Below, one piece after another: positions 48,230 to 62,989 of a stretch of DNA of 64,000 nucleotides. The DNA is from Octopus bimaculoides (lineage: Eukaryota), in assembly GCF_001194135.2 (NCBI RefSeq), contig NC_068985.1, positions 61,255,520-61,319,519 of the forward strand, given 5' to 3'. The first letter of the stretch is position 1. Each line of letters starts with the position of its first letter. A program made the position numbers and the translations under genes. The notes beneath the pieces were generated by a model. The model did not search any database and was not told the origin of the DNA. It was given only the letters and a program-made list of their open reading frames with translations.

Positions 48230-49270
48230 TTGAGAAACAGACTCTCTCAACTTGCCTGATGAGTCCCTGGAAGTAGTCAGTAGTTTCTGTTATGTAGGTG
48301 ATCTAATTGGCAGTGAGGGTGGGTGCTCCAAAGCCATAGTAACCAGAGCTGCAGAAAGATTAGGGAGCTACTACCATTGTTGGTAACAAAAGGCCTCTCC
48401 CTGAAAGTGAGGGGAAGATTGTATGACACTCATGTGTAAGGTATAATACTACATTTAGAACATTTATAAAAAACTTGAAAGAAATGAAGTAAGCATGCTT
48501 TGATGAAGGTGTAATGCCAGTGTGCAGGAATGATGGACAGCAAATAACATAAGAGGAAAGCTCAACGCAGTTTACAAGAGAGAAGACTGCAGTGGTACTG
48601 GCAGATGACAGCTGCATGAAAAAGTGCTGAGCGCTCGATGGGGACCGTGGAAAAGGAAGACCCGGGAAGACTAGAGTAAACGGTACACATTAGTCCCAAA
48701 GTGCTAAACCTCTCAAAAGAGAGCACAAGGGACCATGGTGATTGGCAACATAAGATGTAGGAGAAAACCCATATTCTCATGCAAGCATTTCAAAGAGAAC
48801 ACTAAGAAGTAAAAGTAGCTGGGTTGCTCTTATTACATTCATCTACTACTACTCCATCCCTACTGCTCCTTCCCTCACTGACTCTCTCCCCTTGATTTCC
48901 CCCACCACTTTAGCACCTTCTCATCTCCCTATCCCTGGCATATCCCTACACCTCCATGACACTCCTCTTTCTTTCATTGACCTTCTCCCATAGTTTTTCT
49001 GGTCCTTTTCAAATTCATCTTCAGTTATCCCTTTTTCATACCCCACCTATCAATAGTTCACCCTTTTTATGCAGGCTGGTACTGGGTCCTCCCACTCAAT
49101 CCACACTGCCATCCCTATCACTCTCTCTCTTTCTCTCTCACTAACACTACTCTTACACTTCCATTATCCCCACCCCAGTGTCTTCCCTCTTACTCTTTCC
49201 ACTACCACTACCACTCCCATAACAATAAATCTGTTCCTTCCTTCATACTTTAATTTCTCTTAGCACCTTA
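48230..49270 (+). mobile_element. Heavily decayed RTE C-terminus and pyrimidine-rich tail
   Basis: LEVVSSFCYVGD..GSEGGCSKAIVTR..., homologous to 23330-23600. Confidence 0.65.
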
Positions 49271-49790
49271 AGTCATCACTTTTCTCTCTTCTATACTCTC
49301 TTTCATCATTGAGGTCTCCTTAAGTTACCAAACAGGTATGGAAGTGACAACAGAATTGACAAAGGAGTAATTTTGAACATTCAGTAAATTGACTGAAGTA
49401 GAAGAAATGATGAATTGTAGATAGTAGGAGTGGTGAGATTGTCAGTACACTAACTATAAACATGGACATGCCTATACATACACACACAAATGACATCTTC
49501 ACAATAAACAAGTATTCACACATACACCTACAGACTGATCATATGAGTATTCAAATATCTTCGTTCTTCTTTTTCCTTTAATTTCTTCTATTTTCTTCAT
49601 TCCTTCATTTTTTCCTTTCCTGCTCAGTTTCTCTTTAAACTATATATTCAGCCAGTTATTAATAAACTAATATATTGAACCTACTTCCAGAGGTATTTAT
49701 TTAGTAAGTGACAAAGCAATTTGTTTTACTCATAGATACTATTTATTATACGCAATTCCTCCAAATTACTTTTAATAATCCATTTAAGAA

Positions 49791-50003
49791 AGGCAGTGAG
49801 CTGGCAGAACTGTTGGCATGCCGGGCGAAAAGCTTAGCAGTATTTCGTCTGTCTTTACATTCTGAGTTCAAATTCTGCCGAGGTTGACATTGCCTTTCAT
49901 CCTTTTGAGGTCAATAAATTAAGTACCAGTTGTGTACTGGAGTCGGTTTAATCGAATAGCCTCCTCCCCAAAAATTTGGGGCCTTGTGCCTAAAGTAGAA
50001 AAG
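49791..50003 (+). mobile_element. Complete SINE (third family) with 17-bp TSD
   Basis: AATAATCCATTTAAGAA at 49774-49790 and 50004-50020. B-box-like GAGTTCAAATTC. A minus-strand copy lies at ~56935-57136. Confidence 0.9.
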
Positions 50004-50089
50004 AATAATCCATTTAAGAAGATTCAGTCTAATAAAAGTGTTTTAACTTCATTCTTAGGCTATAACATCCCTACACTATTATATGTACT

Positions 50090-52550
50090 CATCATCATCA
50101 TCATCATCGTTTAATGTCCGATTTCCATGCTACCATGGGTTGGACGATTTGACTGAGGACTGCGAACCAGATGGCTGCACCAGGCTCCAATCTGATCTGG
50201 CATGTTTCTACAGCTGGATGCCCTTCCTAACACCAACCACTCCGAGAGTGTAGTGGGTGCTTTTACATACCACTGGCATGAGGGCCAGTCAGGCGGTACT
50301 GGCAATGGCTACGCTTGAAAGGTGTTTTTTACGTGCCACCTGCACAGGTGTCAGTCCAGCGGCACTGGCAATGACCTCGCTCGAATGTTTTGTTCATGCG
50401 CCACCAGCACAAGTGCCAGTAAGGTGATGCTGGTAACGGTCACGCGCAAATGGTACTTTTTACGTGACACCAGCACAAGCCAGACAATTGCTCTGGCAAT
50501 GATCCTGCTCGGATGGTGCTGTTAGTGCTCTACTGGCACAGGTGCTAGTCACTGAATTTGGTTTAATTTTGATTTCACTTGCCCCAACAGGTCTTTGCAA
50601 GCAGAGTTTAGTGTCCAAAGAAGGAAAGGTACACATAAGTGGGCTGGCCATGGTAAAGGCCACGAGTTATGGTCTCACTTGTCTTGCCAGGTTTTCTCAT
50701 GCACAGCATATTTCCAAAGGTCTCAGTCACTAGTCATTGCCTCGGTGAGGCCTAATGTTCGAAGGTCGTGCTTCACCACCTCATCCCAGGTCTTCCTGGG
50801 TCTATCACTTCCACAGATTCCTTCAACTGCTAGGGTGTGGCACTTTTTCACGCAGCTATCCTCATCCATTCTCGCCACATGACCATACCAGTGAAATCGT
50901 CTCTCTTGGACACCACAACTGATGCTTCTTAGGTTCAACTTTTCTCTCAAGGTATTTACACTTTGTTGAGTATGCACACTTACATTACACATCCATCGGA
51001 GCATACTGGCTTCATTCCTTGTGACCTTACGCATGTCCTCAGCAGTCACTGCCATATAGCATGGCTGTTCGTACACATGCATCATACAGTCTGCCTTTTA
51101 CTCTGAGCAAGAGGCCCTTTGTCACCAGCAGAGGTAAGAGCTCTCTGAACTTTGTCCAGGCTATTCTAGCAGTGCAGCTACACTTTTACCGCACCCTCCC
51201 CCACTACTGACTTGGTCACCTAGGTAATGGAAGCTATCAACTACTTCTAGTTTTTCTTTCTGGAATGTGGCAGAAGTTGTTCTCTGCACATTTTCAGTGT
51301 TTATTGTTCCTGAGCATCTGCCACATACAAAAACTAACTTCCTAGTTAACCTTCCTTTGATATTGCTGCACCTCTTATGTGTCCATAGCTTACACTGGGT
51401 ACATCTTATATAGTACTACCTATGCCTTTCTACAGATCGAGCAGGGCCATCTACCTGAAGGAATTTGTGGTTTGTCTACCTTCCTACTTATTAGGACTTT
51501 GGTTTTAGCTAGGTTGACTCTAAGACCCTTCGATTCTGATCCTTGCTTTCAAACCTGAAACTTCTCCTCTAGTTCTGATAGTGACTCAGCAATTAGAGCA
51601 AGGTCATCAGCATAGAGGAGCTCCCAGGGGAATCCTGTCTTGAATTCCTCTGTTATCGCCTGGAAGACTGTGATAAATAGGAGGGGGCTGAGGACTTAAC
51701 CTTGGTGGACCCCAACCTCTACCAGGAATTCTTCCCTGTACTTGTTGCCAACCCTCACCTTACTGACAGCATCCCTGTATATGGCTTGCACAGCTCTCAC
51801 TAACCATTCTTCTATCCCTAGTTTCTTCATTGACCACCAGATAAGGGATCGGGGGGCCTTGTCAAAAGCTTTCTCCATGTCAACGAAAGCCAGGTACAGA
51901 GGTTTATCTTTGGCTAGGTATTTCTCCTGCAGAAGTCTTACCAGATATATAGCATCAGTGGTGCTTTTCCCTGGCACGAACCCAAACTGCATCTCATCTA
52001 AACTGACTCTCTCCCTAATTAGTTGGGCTATGACCCTCTCCGTGACCTTCATTACCTGATCCAGCAATTTGATACCTCTGTAATTATTTGTATTTAAAGT
52101 GTCACCTTTACCTTTGTAGCAGTTGACTATGGTGCTGCTACACCAGTCATTGGGTATGACTCCTTCGTGTATCACCTGGTTAACTATGCAGGTGACTAGG
52201 CTATAGCCGACATGGCCAGATATTTTGATCATCTCTGCAGTGATTCCTGATGGGCCAGGGGCTTTCCCTGTCTTCATACTCTTAATTGCTGTCAATTTGG
52301 ATAGCTGGTCCCACTGTTGAGTCGACATTCGGTAGACTCTCTTTCTCCCATTCATTCTCTTTATTGAGCAACCTTTCATAGTGGCGTCTCCAAACCTCAC
52401 TCTTCGCAGCTTCGTGTAATGCAAGTGAACCATCATCCATGTGGACAAATTTCTCTCCTACAATATCACAATTCTCTCTCATGCACTGTCTTGCAATACG
52501 AAATACTTTGGTCCTCACAGCACAGAACATTGGCAATTTTTTTCTTATCT
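50090..52550 (-). mobile_element. 5'-truncated RTE LINE with RT and complete 3' UTR/(GAT)n tail
   Basis: ORFs 52282-52692, 51696-52448 and 50723-51085; frameshifted. Confidence 0.95.
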
Positions 52551-54141
52551 GCTTCCCCTCATATATATATATATAAAGATTTACTTTTTGTGATGAGACA
52601 AAAAAACCCAAGGGTGTATAGATTTTAGAGCATTTATAAATGGAAGGTCTTACAGTAAATGAAAGAATATTTGGTAAATAAACAAATGGCATAATGTATA
52701 CTGAATGTAAAAACCAACAGGAGACAAACAGAATGTCTGTAATTCTTTATCAGCTATTGACCAATTGGTAATATTCAGTTTCACACCTTAATGATAAGAC
52801 TGAGTGCTTCCCAATTGGCAGTGCCAGCAAAAAAAATTTTTCTTGCAGAGAATTAGAGATGAGAGCAAACAAAACAAAACAACCAAAATGACAGAGAGTG
52901 ATTTAGGACAGTAGTCAAAGACAAACGGTTGAACAAAATACAGCCTTGGGGCCAAGGAGACGAGAATAGTAAGTAAAGCTTAGAAAATGTCTTGAAGGAT
53001 AAAGAACAGAGAGACAGAAAATTTGCAATTGGTCAGCTATGTGGAGCAGTGTAAGAAAGGAAGGGAAAGGGGAACTGGCCACTGATCACATGACAGCAGC
53101 AGACAGAGGAGAAAGACAGCAAGAAAGAGAGTGACAGAAAAAGAAGGAAAGGAGGAAGGCTAGGAATACAAGAGGGAGAGAGAGAAAAAGAGTAAGTAGA
53201 AAGGCTAGAATAGAAGTGAGGGGGTGAGAGAAAGAAAAGGGGAAACATGAAGGTAAGAGAGAGAGAGTCACACAGGTACATAAAAAACTTGTTAATAGAA
53301 ATTCAGTATATATATNNNNNNNNNNNNNNNNNNNNNNNNNNNNNNNNNNNNNNNNNNNNNNNNNNNNNNNNNNNNNNNNNNNNNNNNNNNNNNNNNNNNN
53401 NNNNNNNNNNNNNNNNNNNNNNNNNNNNNNNNNNNNNNNNNNNNNNNNNNNNNNNNNNNNNNNNNNNNNNNNNNNNNNNNNNNNNNNNNNNNNNNNNNNN
53501 NNNNNNNNNNNNNNNNNNNNNNNNNNNNNNNNNNNNNNNNNNNNNNNNNNNNNNNNNNNNNNNNNNNNNNNNNNNNNNNNNNNNNNNNNNNNNNNNNNNN
53601 NNNNNNNNNNNNNNNNNNNNNNNNNNNNNNNNNNNNNNNNNNNNNNNNNNNNNNNNNNNNNNNNNNNNNNNNNNNNNNNNNNNNNNNNNNNNNNNNNNNN
53701 NNNNNNNNNNNNNNNNNNNNNNNNNNNNNNNNNNNNNNNNNNNNNNNNNNNNNNNNNNNNNNNNNNNNNNNNNNNNNNNNNNNNNNNNNNNNNNNNNNNN
53801 NNNNNNNNNNNNNNNNNNNNNNNNNNNNNNNNNNNNNNNNNNNNNNNNNNNNNNNNNNNNNNNNNNNNNNNNNNNNNNNNNNNNNNNNNNNNNNNNNNNN
53901 NNNNNNNNNNNNNNNNNNNNNNNNNNNNNNNNNNNNNNNNNNNNNNNNNNNNNNNNNNNNNNNNNNNNNNNNNNNNNNNNNNNNNNNNNNNNNNNNNNNN
54001 NNNNNNNNNNNNNNNNNNNNNNNNNNNNNNNNNNNNNNNNNNNNNNNNNNNNNNNNNNNNNNNNNNNNNNNNNNNNNNNNNNNNNNNNNNNNNNNNNNNN
54101 NNNNTATATATATAATACAAATAATAAATGAGTATATATTA

Positions 54142-54951
54142 TGAGGTGGTATCAAAAAGTTCCCAGACTAGTTCTGTAGTCTGTCAACAGATGGCAGCAC
54201 ATGGTTACATGCACAGTGAGTGATAGCAGTGACCTTCATGAGGCAGTGTGCCAAGTAACATTGCTGTATTTACTTAGCAAGTTGTAAAAATTTGTGTTTT
54301 TGTGATCACATGTATGCTACAAAGACATTGAGCATGCTTTGGCAAGCTTACAGTGACAAGGCAATGGGTTGTATGCAATGTTTCAAGTTGCATGGGCACT
54401 TCAAAAGTGGAAGAACATCCCTGGAAGACCTGCCATGAGTGTCACCTCCAGAAGTGTGGAGAAAATCCATCAGCTTGTTCATGAGGATTGTTGAAGGACA
54501 ATCAACAACATTTTGAAGTGTTTGAGGGAGGACATTCAGTAAAAATGAGAGGATCAGTGGAGCGCAATGAACTGGATTCTTCATGATAACAATGCATCCT
54601 GTCACTGAGCTCTCTTCATTCGTGAGTTTCTTGCCAAAAACATGGTATCGCTTCTGCACCTTCCCTATTCATCAGATTTAGCACCTGCAAACTTCCACCT
54701 CTTCCCCAAGATGAAAATACTGCTTAAAGCTTGTCATTTTAACACCATTGTCGACATCAAGAGCGAATTGCAGAAGGTCCTCAACTCACAGAAAACGACT
54801 TCAAGGTCAGATTCCGAATGTGGCAGGAATGTTGGGACCAGTGTATTGCTGCGCAAGATGACTATTTTGAAGGAGATGATATTAAAACTTGGGTAAATAA
54901 GTTATTTCTTATTAAAGATAACCATTCCAGGAACTTTTTGACACCACCTTG
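54142..54951 (+). mobile_element. Internally deleted mariner (irritans-like), both TIRs, TA TSD
   Basis: TGAGGTGGTATCAAAAAGTTCC / rc CAAGGTGGTGTCAAAAAGTTCC; YSSDLAPANFHLFPKMK. Confidence 0.9.
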
Positions 54952-56099
54952 TACATAAGAATTTGTTATGAAAATATTTTCCTGGAGCTAGGGAGAATAG
55001 TTTTGGAAAAATCACGTTGGCTTTCTAGGGTAATTTTTTAATGAAATTTTCTACACATACCATTCAGAATGTGTATATTATGACTATATTGGAATTTAAT
55101 ATGAAAAATTTCTTGTGTGGCATGCACACATAAATCCTGACACACATCACAAATATCCACAAAATGAAACTAGAAATTTTGAAAAATTGTAATGTGTGTC
55201 AGTATGTATGTGTGCCTATCTACATTTTTTCCGCATTAAATTCTGATATAATCATAATCTACACACTCTATAAGATATTTGTAGAAAATTTCATGAAAAA
55301 ATGCCAATTCTCCTCAAAGTTATGGGGAAAGAAACCAAACTCATGTGATTTTTTGAAACTCATCTCCCCACTCCACCAGAAAAATTGATCCACAACAAAT
55401 TCCAATATAATCAGAATCTACATCATCTGAAGTATATTTGTAGAAACTTTCATTAAAAAATATCGGCTTTTCTGGAAGATGTGAGGAAACAAATCTGGTA
55501 GTAGGTACAATTGTGTAGGTATGTTGTCATATGTATACTTATGCACATAAACTATAGAAATATATGATACAATGATATCAAATCAATGTAAAGCAAGCTA
55601 TCTTAAAGATAGTGTGTCCACACTAGTATATATGTATGTTTGCATCTATTTTGTTCTGTCTGTATTTATGTTTATTTATATTTACCTATTTGGTGAGTGT
55701 GTATATATGTGTATGCATGTGCATGTGTGTGTGTGTGTACATATATAGATACATATTTTGAATATTGCTTTCCCATCCATGTCTCCCTCTCCCTCTCTCA
55801 TATATATTTCGTTTTTGTATTTGGTTTGCAGGATTCTTTATTGTGTCTGGGGTGAGTCATTCTGTTTTAATGCTTTATTAATTAACACATTCACTGGTTT
55901 AATTTCCACTCATTTACTTATTAATTTTGTTCTAAAATTTTCGTTGCTTCTTGAACCTCTTCAATAATCATTGTCTCTGTCCATTATCGGAGCTTTTTCT
56001 TTGTTTATGTGCATGTGTATATGTATATACACATATGTATTTCTGTATATATGTATATATGTATGTATGTATGTTTGCATGTGGTGTGCAAGAGAGATG

Positions 56100-56445
56100 A
56101 CTGTGTTGGAGCTTTGGGCTTCATGGAGGTAGGGACAATTGATCAAGACCTTTGGCAATATATTGTGCTTGAGAAGACCTGCCAAGACAAGTAAGATTGT
56201 AGTCATGGTCGAAGCCAGTTCTGCATAACTGGCACCTGTGCTGGTGGCATGTAAAAAGCCTCCACTACACTCTTGGAATGGTTGGCATTAGAAAGTCATC
56301 CAGCTGTAGAAATCATGTCAAATCAGATTGGAACCTGGTGCAGCTCCCTAGCTTACCAGTTTTCAGTCAAGCTGTCCAACCCATCCTAGCATGGAAGATG
56401 GATGTTAAATGAAAATGATGATGATGATGATGATGATGATGATGT
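56100..56445 (+). mobile_element. RTE 3' end with (GAT)n tail
   Basis: Homologous to 3960-4155. Confidence 0.8.
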
Positions 56446-57349
56446 ATGTATATGTGTGTGTGTCTGTGTATGTATAGCATATATACAAAATATTTTCATC
56501 AACTGACATAATGTAATAGGTATATACAATGAGTGCTCAGTTTGGCTTGCCACTAAAACTGTCTTGAACTGCAGTTGAAAAATTTGGTGCTAAAATTGTC
56601 TATCAAAGGTGGTGAGAAGTGGTTCATCAATGTGCAGGTAGACATTCCTTAAAACTGATAATGAACAAGCAAAATATTTGCCATCATTCTAGAACATTTA
56701 ATTTATAATATAAACATGGTACAGAATAATTATAATAAATATGTAATGTCTCATACTGCTGTTTCTAGAATAGCTAAGCAGGTGGATCATATGCTATTGA
56801 GTAAAGAATGCCATGTAAAATATGTATTCCATCATCAGAAAGAGAGAAATAAGAAAATTTTGAAATGTAGAATATTCTCAATTGAGGATATTAATACAAC
56901 AACAACAACAACTACAACAATAATAATAATAATCCTTTCTATTATAGGCACAAGGCCTGAAATTTTAAAGGAAGGGCTTGTTGATTACATCAACCCCTGT
57001 ACTCAACTAGTACTTATTTTATTGACTCCAAAAGGATGAAAGGCAAAGTCAACTTTGGTAACATTTGAACTTAGAACATAAAGAACCAAAAGAAATATCA
57101 CTAAACATTTTGTTCAACATGCTAATGATTATGCCCAGTCAAAGACAATCATTTCTTCATTTCTTTATTTGCCACAAGAGCTTGAAGGGATACGAAAAAA
57201 TACAAAAGTTCTACTAGGAGTTACAAAGAAAGAAATAGATAATGTAAAGTGTGTGAAAAAATACATTCACACATAACTGTATGAAAATAATTTTTAAAAT
57301 GTACAATAAAATGCTCAATAATTAAAATGCAATATAATTAAAGGTTTGG

Positions 57350-58800
57350 TTGAGTTAGAACACACTGCAACCCTTTTTACATAACCATTTCTCAAATTAT
57401 ATTCAAGTAGAATCAAATGCACTAGTTAGCATTTCTGAGACATTTGATATTGAAATACATAAACATCTTGAGAGTATTCTCTCTTAAGTTCAGTGTAGTT
57501 TATTAGTTTAAATTTTACTAGTAATCTATTTTTTGCATGTTGTTTATATTCTGAACCTAACTTGTTTTTGTATCATAATTTCTTTGGAATGTCTGTAACC
57601 AGGGATGTATAATTTTGTCTATTAAATGCTTGTTGAATTTTATTAAATGCTTTTTGAATTTTCAAAGAACATTGACTCTTAGTTCATCTTTGTCAACTTC
57701 ATTTTCTTTGTCATTTTCCCAAGAAAGAATTTTGTTGTCATTTGGAAGAAAGTGTTCTCCCTCATCTGTTTTCCTTGTTGTTTGTTAACACTTTAGTATT
57801 TAAACTGACCTTATCCAGCCAAAATATTCCACCTGTTTAAGGTTCAAACTAGCCAGATCCTGCCTCTCACACCTACCCTACAATGTCATTCTGAAATCTC
57901 AAAGATACAAGATAACACAGGATAAATTCCAAACAATGTGAATAGATAAGCATTACATTTGACAGCAATATGAATGTTAAAGGGTCAAGTCTTCTGTGAT
58001 TTTTTTTCTTTTTTTCCCCTTTCCTATTTTCACCAACCATTTCATAAATTTTCCTTTGTAATTATTTCTTCCTCATAGCACAATGAAAATGTATTCCTAC
58101 CTGTTGTCACTGTTGTGGTATGAAGTGTTTGCTCATTTATTTCTAATGTGGAACCTAAAGATATTTTATTTGCCATATCTATAATTTTGGCTGGTAATGC
58201 TCTAGAAGCTGTTCTTTTTGCTATTGTTCTTCATTATTTTCATTTTCTTTATGTTTGATTAATTTTTTCCAGTTCTGATCATTCAATTCTAAGGTGTGTT
58301 TTACTCAGACACATGTAACAACTAGGCTTTCTACCCTGTATCATTAGTCTTATACCCTTTGTTTTAGTGCATAGTTCTGGAATGGTTCTGTAGCCTTCAG
58401 AAATCATTAGAACTTGTGTGTCCATTTTGATGTAACTAACTACTAGTCACATTTTGTTAAGTTTGCTTTGATCACACTCCCATACTGTGGCATAAAAGTC
58501 ACTACTGGTCAAAGATTTACATCATGCCCAATGTCTGTTACTGTGACTATTGTGCATCTTAATGCTAAGTATTGGGGCATAGATATGTCTAACAATTTCA
58601 GCTTGTGTTATGGCTGCATCTTCAGTTTTAAAGGTATCGCTAATAGCACAGTAGCGTTTGCTATTCAATTAAGAGAATTTCTGATATTTCCTGGAGGATT
58701 TTTTATACTATATAAAGTGAAATTTAATCTACTTCTAGCACTTTACAAGCAGAGATATATATTTTTACACTTTGCTTTTTCTGGATTATCTCATTATCTC
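57350..58800 (-). pseudogene. Possible decayed L1/Tx1-type LINE (ORF1 zinc knuckle)
   Basis: Minus-strand IQGRKPSCYMCLSKTHLRIE* at ~58281-58345 fits C-x2-C-x4-H-x4-C with the last Cys as TGA. The rest is weak. Confidence 0.4.
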
Positions 58801-59835
58801 CTGTAGTAAAGAACTGTTGTTGGGTTTTATAAAATTCTCCCACCCATTTAAACTAATTCAATATAGAGACAAGAATCATAAAATATTCTGAATAAAAATA
58901 TAAATAAACTCCCAGAATAGAAACATACCAAACATCATGGCATCATGGTTGTTTTTTGACTGAGTGGGTGTGGTTGACATTTTGTGACAACCTGGTTCTG
59001 TTTGTTTCAATGTCCCACTTAAAAAGAAAAAGGAGAAAAATTGTTGTCACAATTTTCAGTGGAACTACTTCAATATAGACATTTTTAACCGCGAAATAAA
59101 ATAAGAAACAGTCCCTTGTGTGAAAATATTTATAAACTCAATCCTCACAAAATTACAACGATAATTTCTTTTTTCATAATGAATACAAGACTGCTCTGAG
59201 AGGGGAGACAATAGTTGATGTAGAAATGAGATAAGATGAATCATAAATGTATTCCTGTAATTTGGTCCTCATAGTTCCATCTGGAACTCCTTTCATTTGG
59301 TCCTCAAAAATAAAATTATTAGATTAGTCAAAGATTCAGATAATAGACATGATGGTAAAAATTATTTTCACAAACAGGAAATCCAAAATAAATGTTTATT
59401 GTTCCACTAAAACTTTAGGTTCTCTCAAATGTCTAAAGTTACCATCACAAGATTCTATCTAAACTTGTAATAACTTTAACAGAACAACCTCTATGATTCA
59501 TATGACCATTGTTCCTCTAACACTGGAGCAATAGTTCTTTCACTTACAATTAACACTATGCAAATGGTATGTCAGTGTGAAATATCATTAGTTTGTACCA
59601 GTTGTATATCAGGGTGAAATACCATGTTATATATATCTATACAGGAATCCTTCACTTTACAGAAGTAAGGTGTTTCAGAAAATCTGACTGTAATACAAAA
59701 TTCCAAAAGGCAAAATTAATTTTCCTACTGATTTCCATATTATCAAGTGAAATTGTGCTCCTTTGGACTTTTCCAAAAAAACAAAAAAAAGAAGCACAAG
59801 TAAACAACAGAGAACAAGCAACACAATTATCTTTA

Positions 59836-60690
59836 GAAGGGGTTACCTAAAAGACACTGGAATTTTGCAATATTATTCACTTAGTTTTACTTGTTTATTC
59901 TTTTATCATCTTCTAAGTGTTCTCCATTTGAAGCAATGCATCAGTCCAGGCATGTTTTCCACTATTTGAGGCAGTGGTGGAACTCTTGCGAAGTGATGCT
60001 TTTTAATACCTCTGTTGTTTTTTCCTCACCTCTTCCACATCTGTGAATTCCAGTGATGACCTTCGAAAAAAGGTCTAGATCAACTTCCAGCTATTCTTTC
60101 AGTTCATGACATGCATTCAGCGCTAACTGCTTTTGATCATCTGTGAGCAAGTGAGGCAAAGTTTTGCAGCAACTCTTTTCATTCGCAATTCCTCACTCAA
60201 AATTCATTGGCAGGAGCTCCAGGACACACCAGTCATATCAAGTTTGTCTATTGTTCGGCGATGGCTTTCCAAGATCAGCTCATGAATTTTCATGATGTTT
60301 TCATTCATTTGAGAGGTCAGCAGTTGTCCTGAACGAGGTTGGTCCTCAGGAGACTAGTGACCATTCCTAAAGCTTGGAAACCACTCATAAACTTGTGTTT
60401 TGCCCATGACAGCATCCTTGTCAGCTGTTTGAAACAGGAGAACTGTTTTGGCTGCTGTTTTCCCCAGTAGAAAACAGAATTTCACAGAAGCCATCACAAA
60501 AATCGATGAACTGGGGAGAAGCACTGCAAAACAAAAATGTACCACGTGGCAGTATGACTCCACTTAATGCTGCCAGTCGGCAGACTGATGCCTGAGGGTC
60601 GCATCAAGTGGCTTCTGGTGGTGGAAGCCTGAGCTACAACGGGTTTGTTTCACGGAGAATGTTTCGGTTTACTTTTGGGTACCCATCTCG
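59836..60690 (-). mobile_element. Internally deleted mariner with degenerate TIRs
   Basis: VKFCFLLGKTAAKT...KTQVYEWF; ends GAAGGGGTTACCTAAAAG / rc CGAGATGGGTACCCAAAAG, TA-flanked. A related fragment lies at 63530-63645. Confidence 0.8.
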
Positions 60691-60989
60691 TATACAAAAA
60701 AATAGCAATCTCTAAACATACACACTGTAACATAGATACTTAAAAACACTAAAACATTTCAAGAGGAATATGTTAGGGAATTAATAAAAATCATAACATC
60801 ATAAGAGTACGTTCTTACCACAAAAGATGTGGACAACTGTATTCAGGGGTGGTGGAATGAGGATTACTAGATAAAAGACAATATTTACTACCTAAAAGTT
60901 CATTATCCCGATCATTGATCCAAAGTTGTTTGTTGTTTATGATGCATCATTTCTTCGTACAGCTCAGTATAAGAACTAAGCTCATTGTA

Positions 60990-62200
60990 AACTCCTCTTT
61001 TAATTTTTACATTACATTTATGATTAGAATCATTACCAGCAAAATCCTGCCAACCCTTTATCAATCATTTTTGTAATCAATTTAAGTGGATCATCTGTAT
61101 TCCCAGATTCTTTTTATAACAACATCAGCTCCTTTAAGATAACTTCTTCTTCAGGACAGTAGCAACTCAATAACATCATCCTCTATGACTTCTTCAAATT
61201 CTAAATCCTTTGCAAGTGTCACAATAGCTTTCTGAATTTGATGTAGACTTTCTACTTGAAGAAAACTTGTAATGTCACAGTCTGGCCATATACTTTTCCA
61301 ACCACTATTCAAAGTCGAAGGTTACACATCATCCCATGACTCAGCTATATTATCCACTGCAGTTAATAAGTCAAATTTCTTCCTAAAATCTCTAACTGTA
61401 CTTTTATCCTCCTTGTCAATTTCTTTCATAAGTCGTTTGAAAGTTCTCATATAATATGCCTTCAAGTTAGCTATCACCACTTGATGGAACAAAGAAGTTT
61501 CATTCTTGGGGGATATATTCTACTCTAACATTGTCTGAAAAGTTATCTCAGTTCACTGGGTGGATCGGTGCATTGTCTAAAAGAAACAATGCTTTATTAG
61601 AAATGTTATGTCTGGTACTGTACCTTTCTATGGCAGGACAGAATATGCTTGTAAACCACTCTGTGAAAAGGCTCTTTGTCATCCATGCCTTCTTATTTGA
61701 ATGCCAAATCAGAGGTATATTAAACTTTGTGTAATCTTTGAAAGCATTGAATTTTACTTCCAAAAGAAGTGTCCAAGGATTTTTGGAAGCTTTAATTCCT
61801 GGTGTTGATTTCTCTTCTCAAGTTCTAGCAGGCATGTGCTTCCAGAAAAGTGCAGTTTCATCAACATTGTATATCTGTTCTGGTGTGTGACCCCATTTCA
61901 GCAATCATGTTTTTCAATTTCTCAGGATAATTAGTGTTAGCCTCTCTATCAGCACTTGCAGTTTCACCAATCATTTTTATATAATGTAAATTCATGATGC
62001 GCTTCTTAAAACTTTTAAACTAGCCTCTACAAGCCAAAAAGAGTTTTACATTAGAAGTTTCCCCCTTCCTTTTCCAGTAAATTGTCATAAACTTTTGGCA
62101 CTTTTTTGAATTACTACTATATTTACCAGCACATTACAAGATTCTGATCCTTGATCCATACACTCAAAAATGTTCTGTTTTAAGCATTATATTAAATCTA
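60990..62200 (-). mobile_element. Tigger/pogo-like transposase pseudogene
   Basis: IYNVDETALFW, WHSNKKAWMT..LFTEWF...ALFLLDNAPIHP. Confidence 0.85.
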
Positions 62201-62874
62201 TGGAAAAATGAGGTCTGGACAGTCTTGAGCATTTGACATAATTTTCTCTCTGTTGTCACATATTGTTAAGATCAAAGTTATAATTAAAATATAATAAATC
62301 AAAATTTTTGTAAGGAGATACAAATTGATACAATGAATTTCAAATGAAGAATGCTGATAGGCACATTTTAAAATGAATTTGTCTCACATACAATTCATAC
62401 AAGAAACAAAACAGTGTATTAAGTGATTATATAAACAAACATCCATATACTCAATACATATGCAGAATTTTAGAAGTAAGGGAGAAGAGACTATATAATT
62501 GCCATGACTCCAGTTTGTAATTGATATTAATTGTAAGGACACTAGGTTGATGAAATGCAAAGACCATAAAAACTGAGAGAATGCAATATAATTTTACTAA
62601 TTGTTGTTTCATCATTTCACCAATTTTATAGATAAAAAGTGATAACAGCAGCAGTTACAACAACAACAACAATAGCAGTAATAATACTGTTAAGTTTAAT
62701 ATCATATCAATTGTATCAATATCATATCTAATTAAATCATACAAAATACTGTTTTGGTAAAGAGGTTATATACTCAATTATTACTATTATTAATGTGTAA
62801 TTATTCATAAACATTTTGTAAGAAAAATATTTCTTAAGGTAAAACAAAACTGCCTAAAAAGTGTGCTTATTCAT

Positions 62875-62909
<35 letters not shown>

Positions 62910-62938
62910 NNNNNNNNNNNNNNNNNNNNNNNNNNNNN

Positions 62939-62987
<49 letters not shown>

Positions 62988-62989
62988 AG

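Noticed and set aside
48255-48275. CTGATGAG motif
   Set aside because: Lies within decayed RTE coding sequence with no other hammerhead elements.
52740-52830. ACCAATTGGTC palindrome near a CTGATAA on the minus strand
   Set aside because: The order and spacing cannot form a hammerhead.
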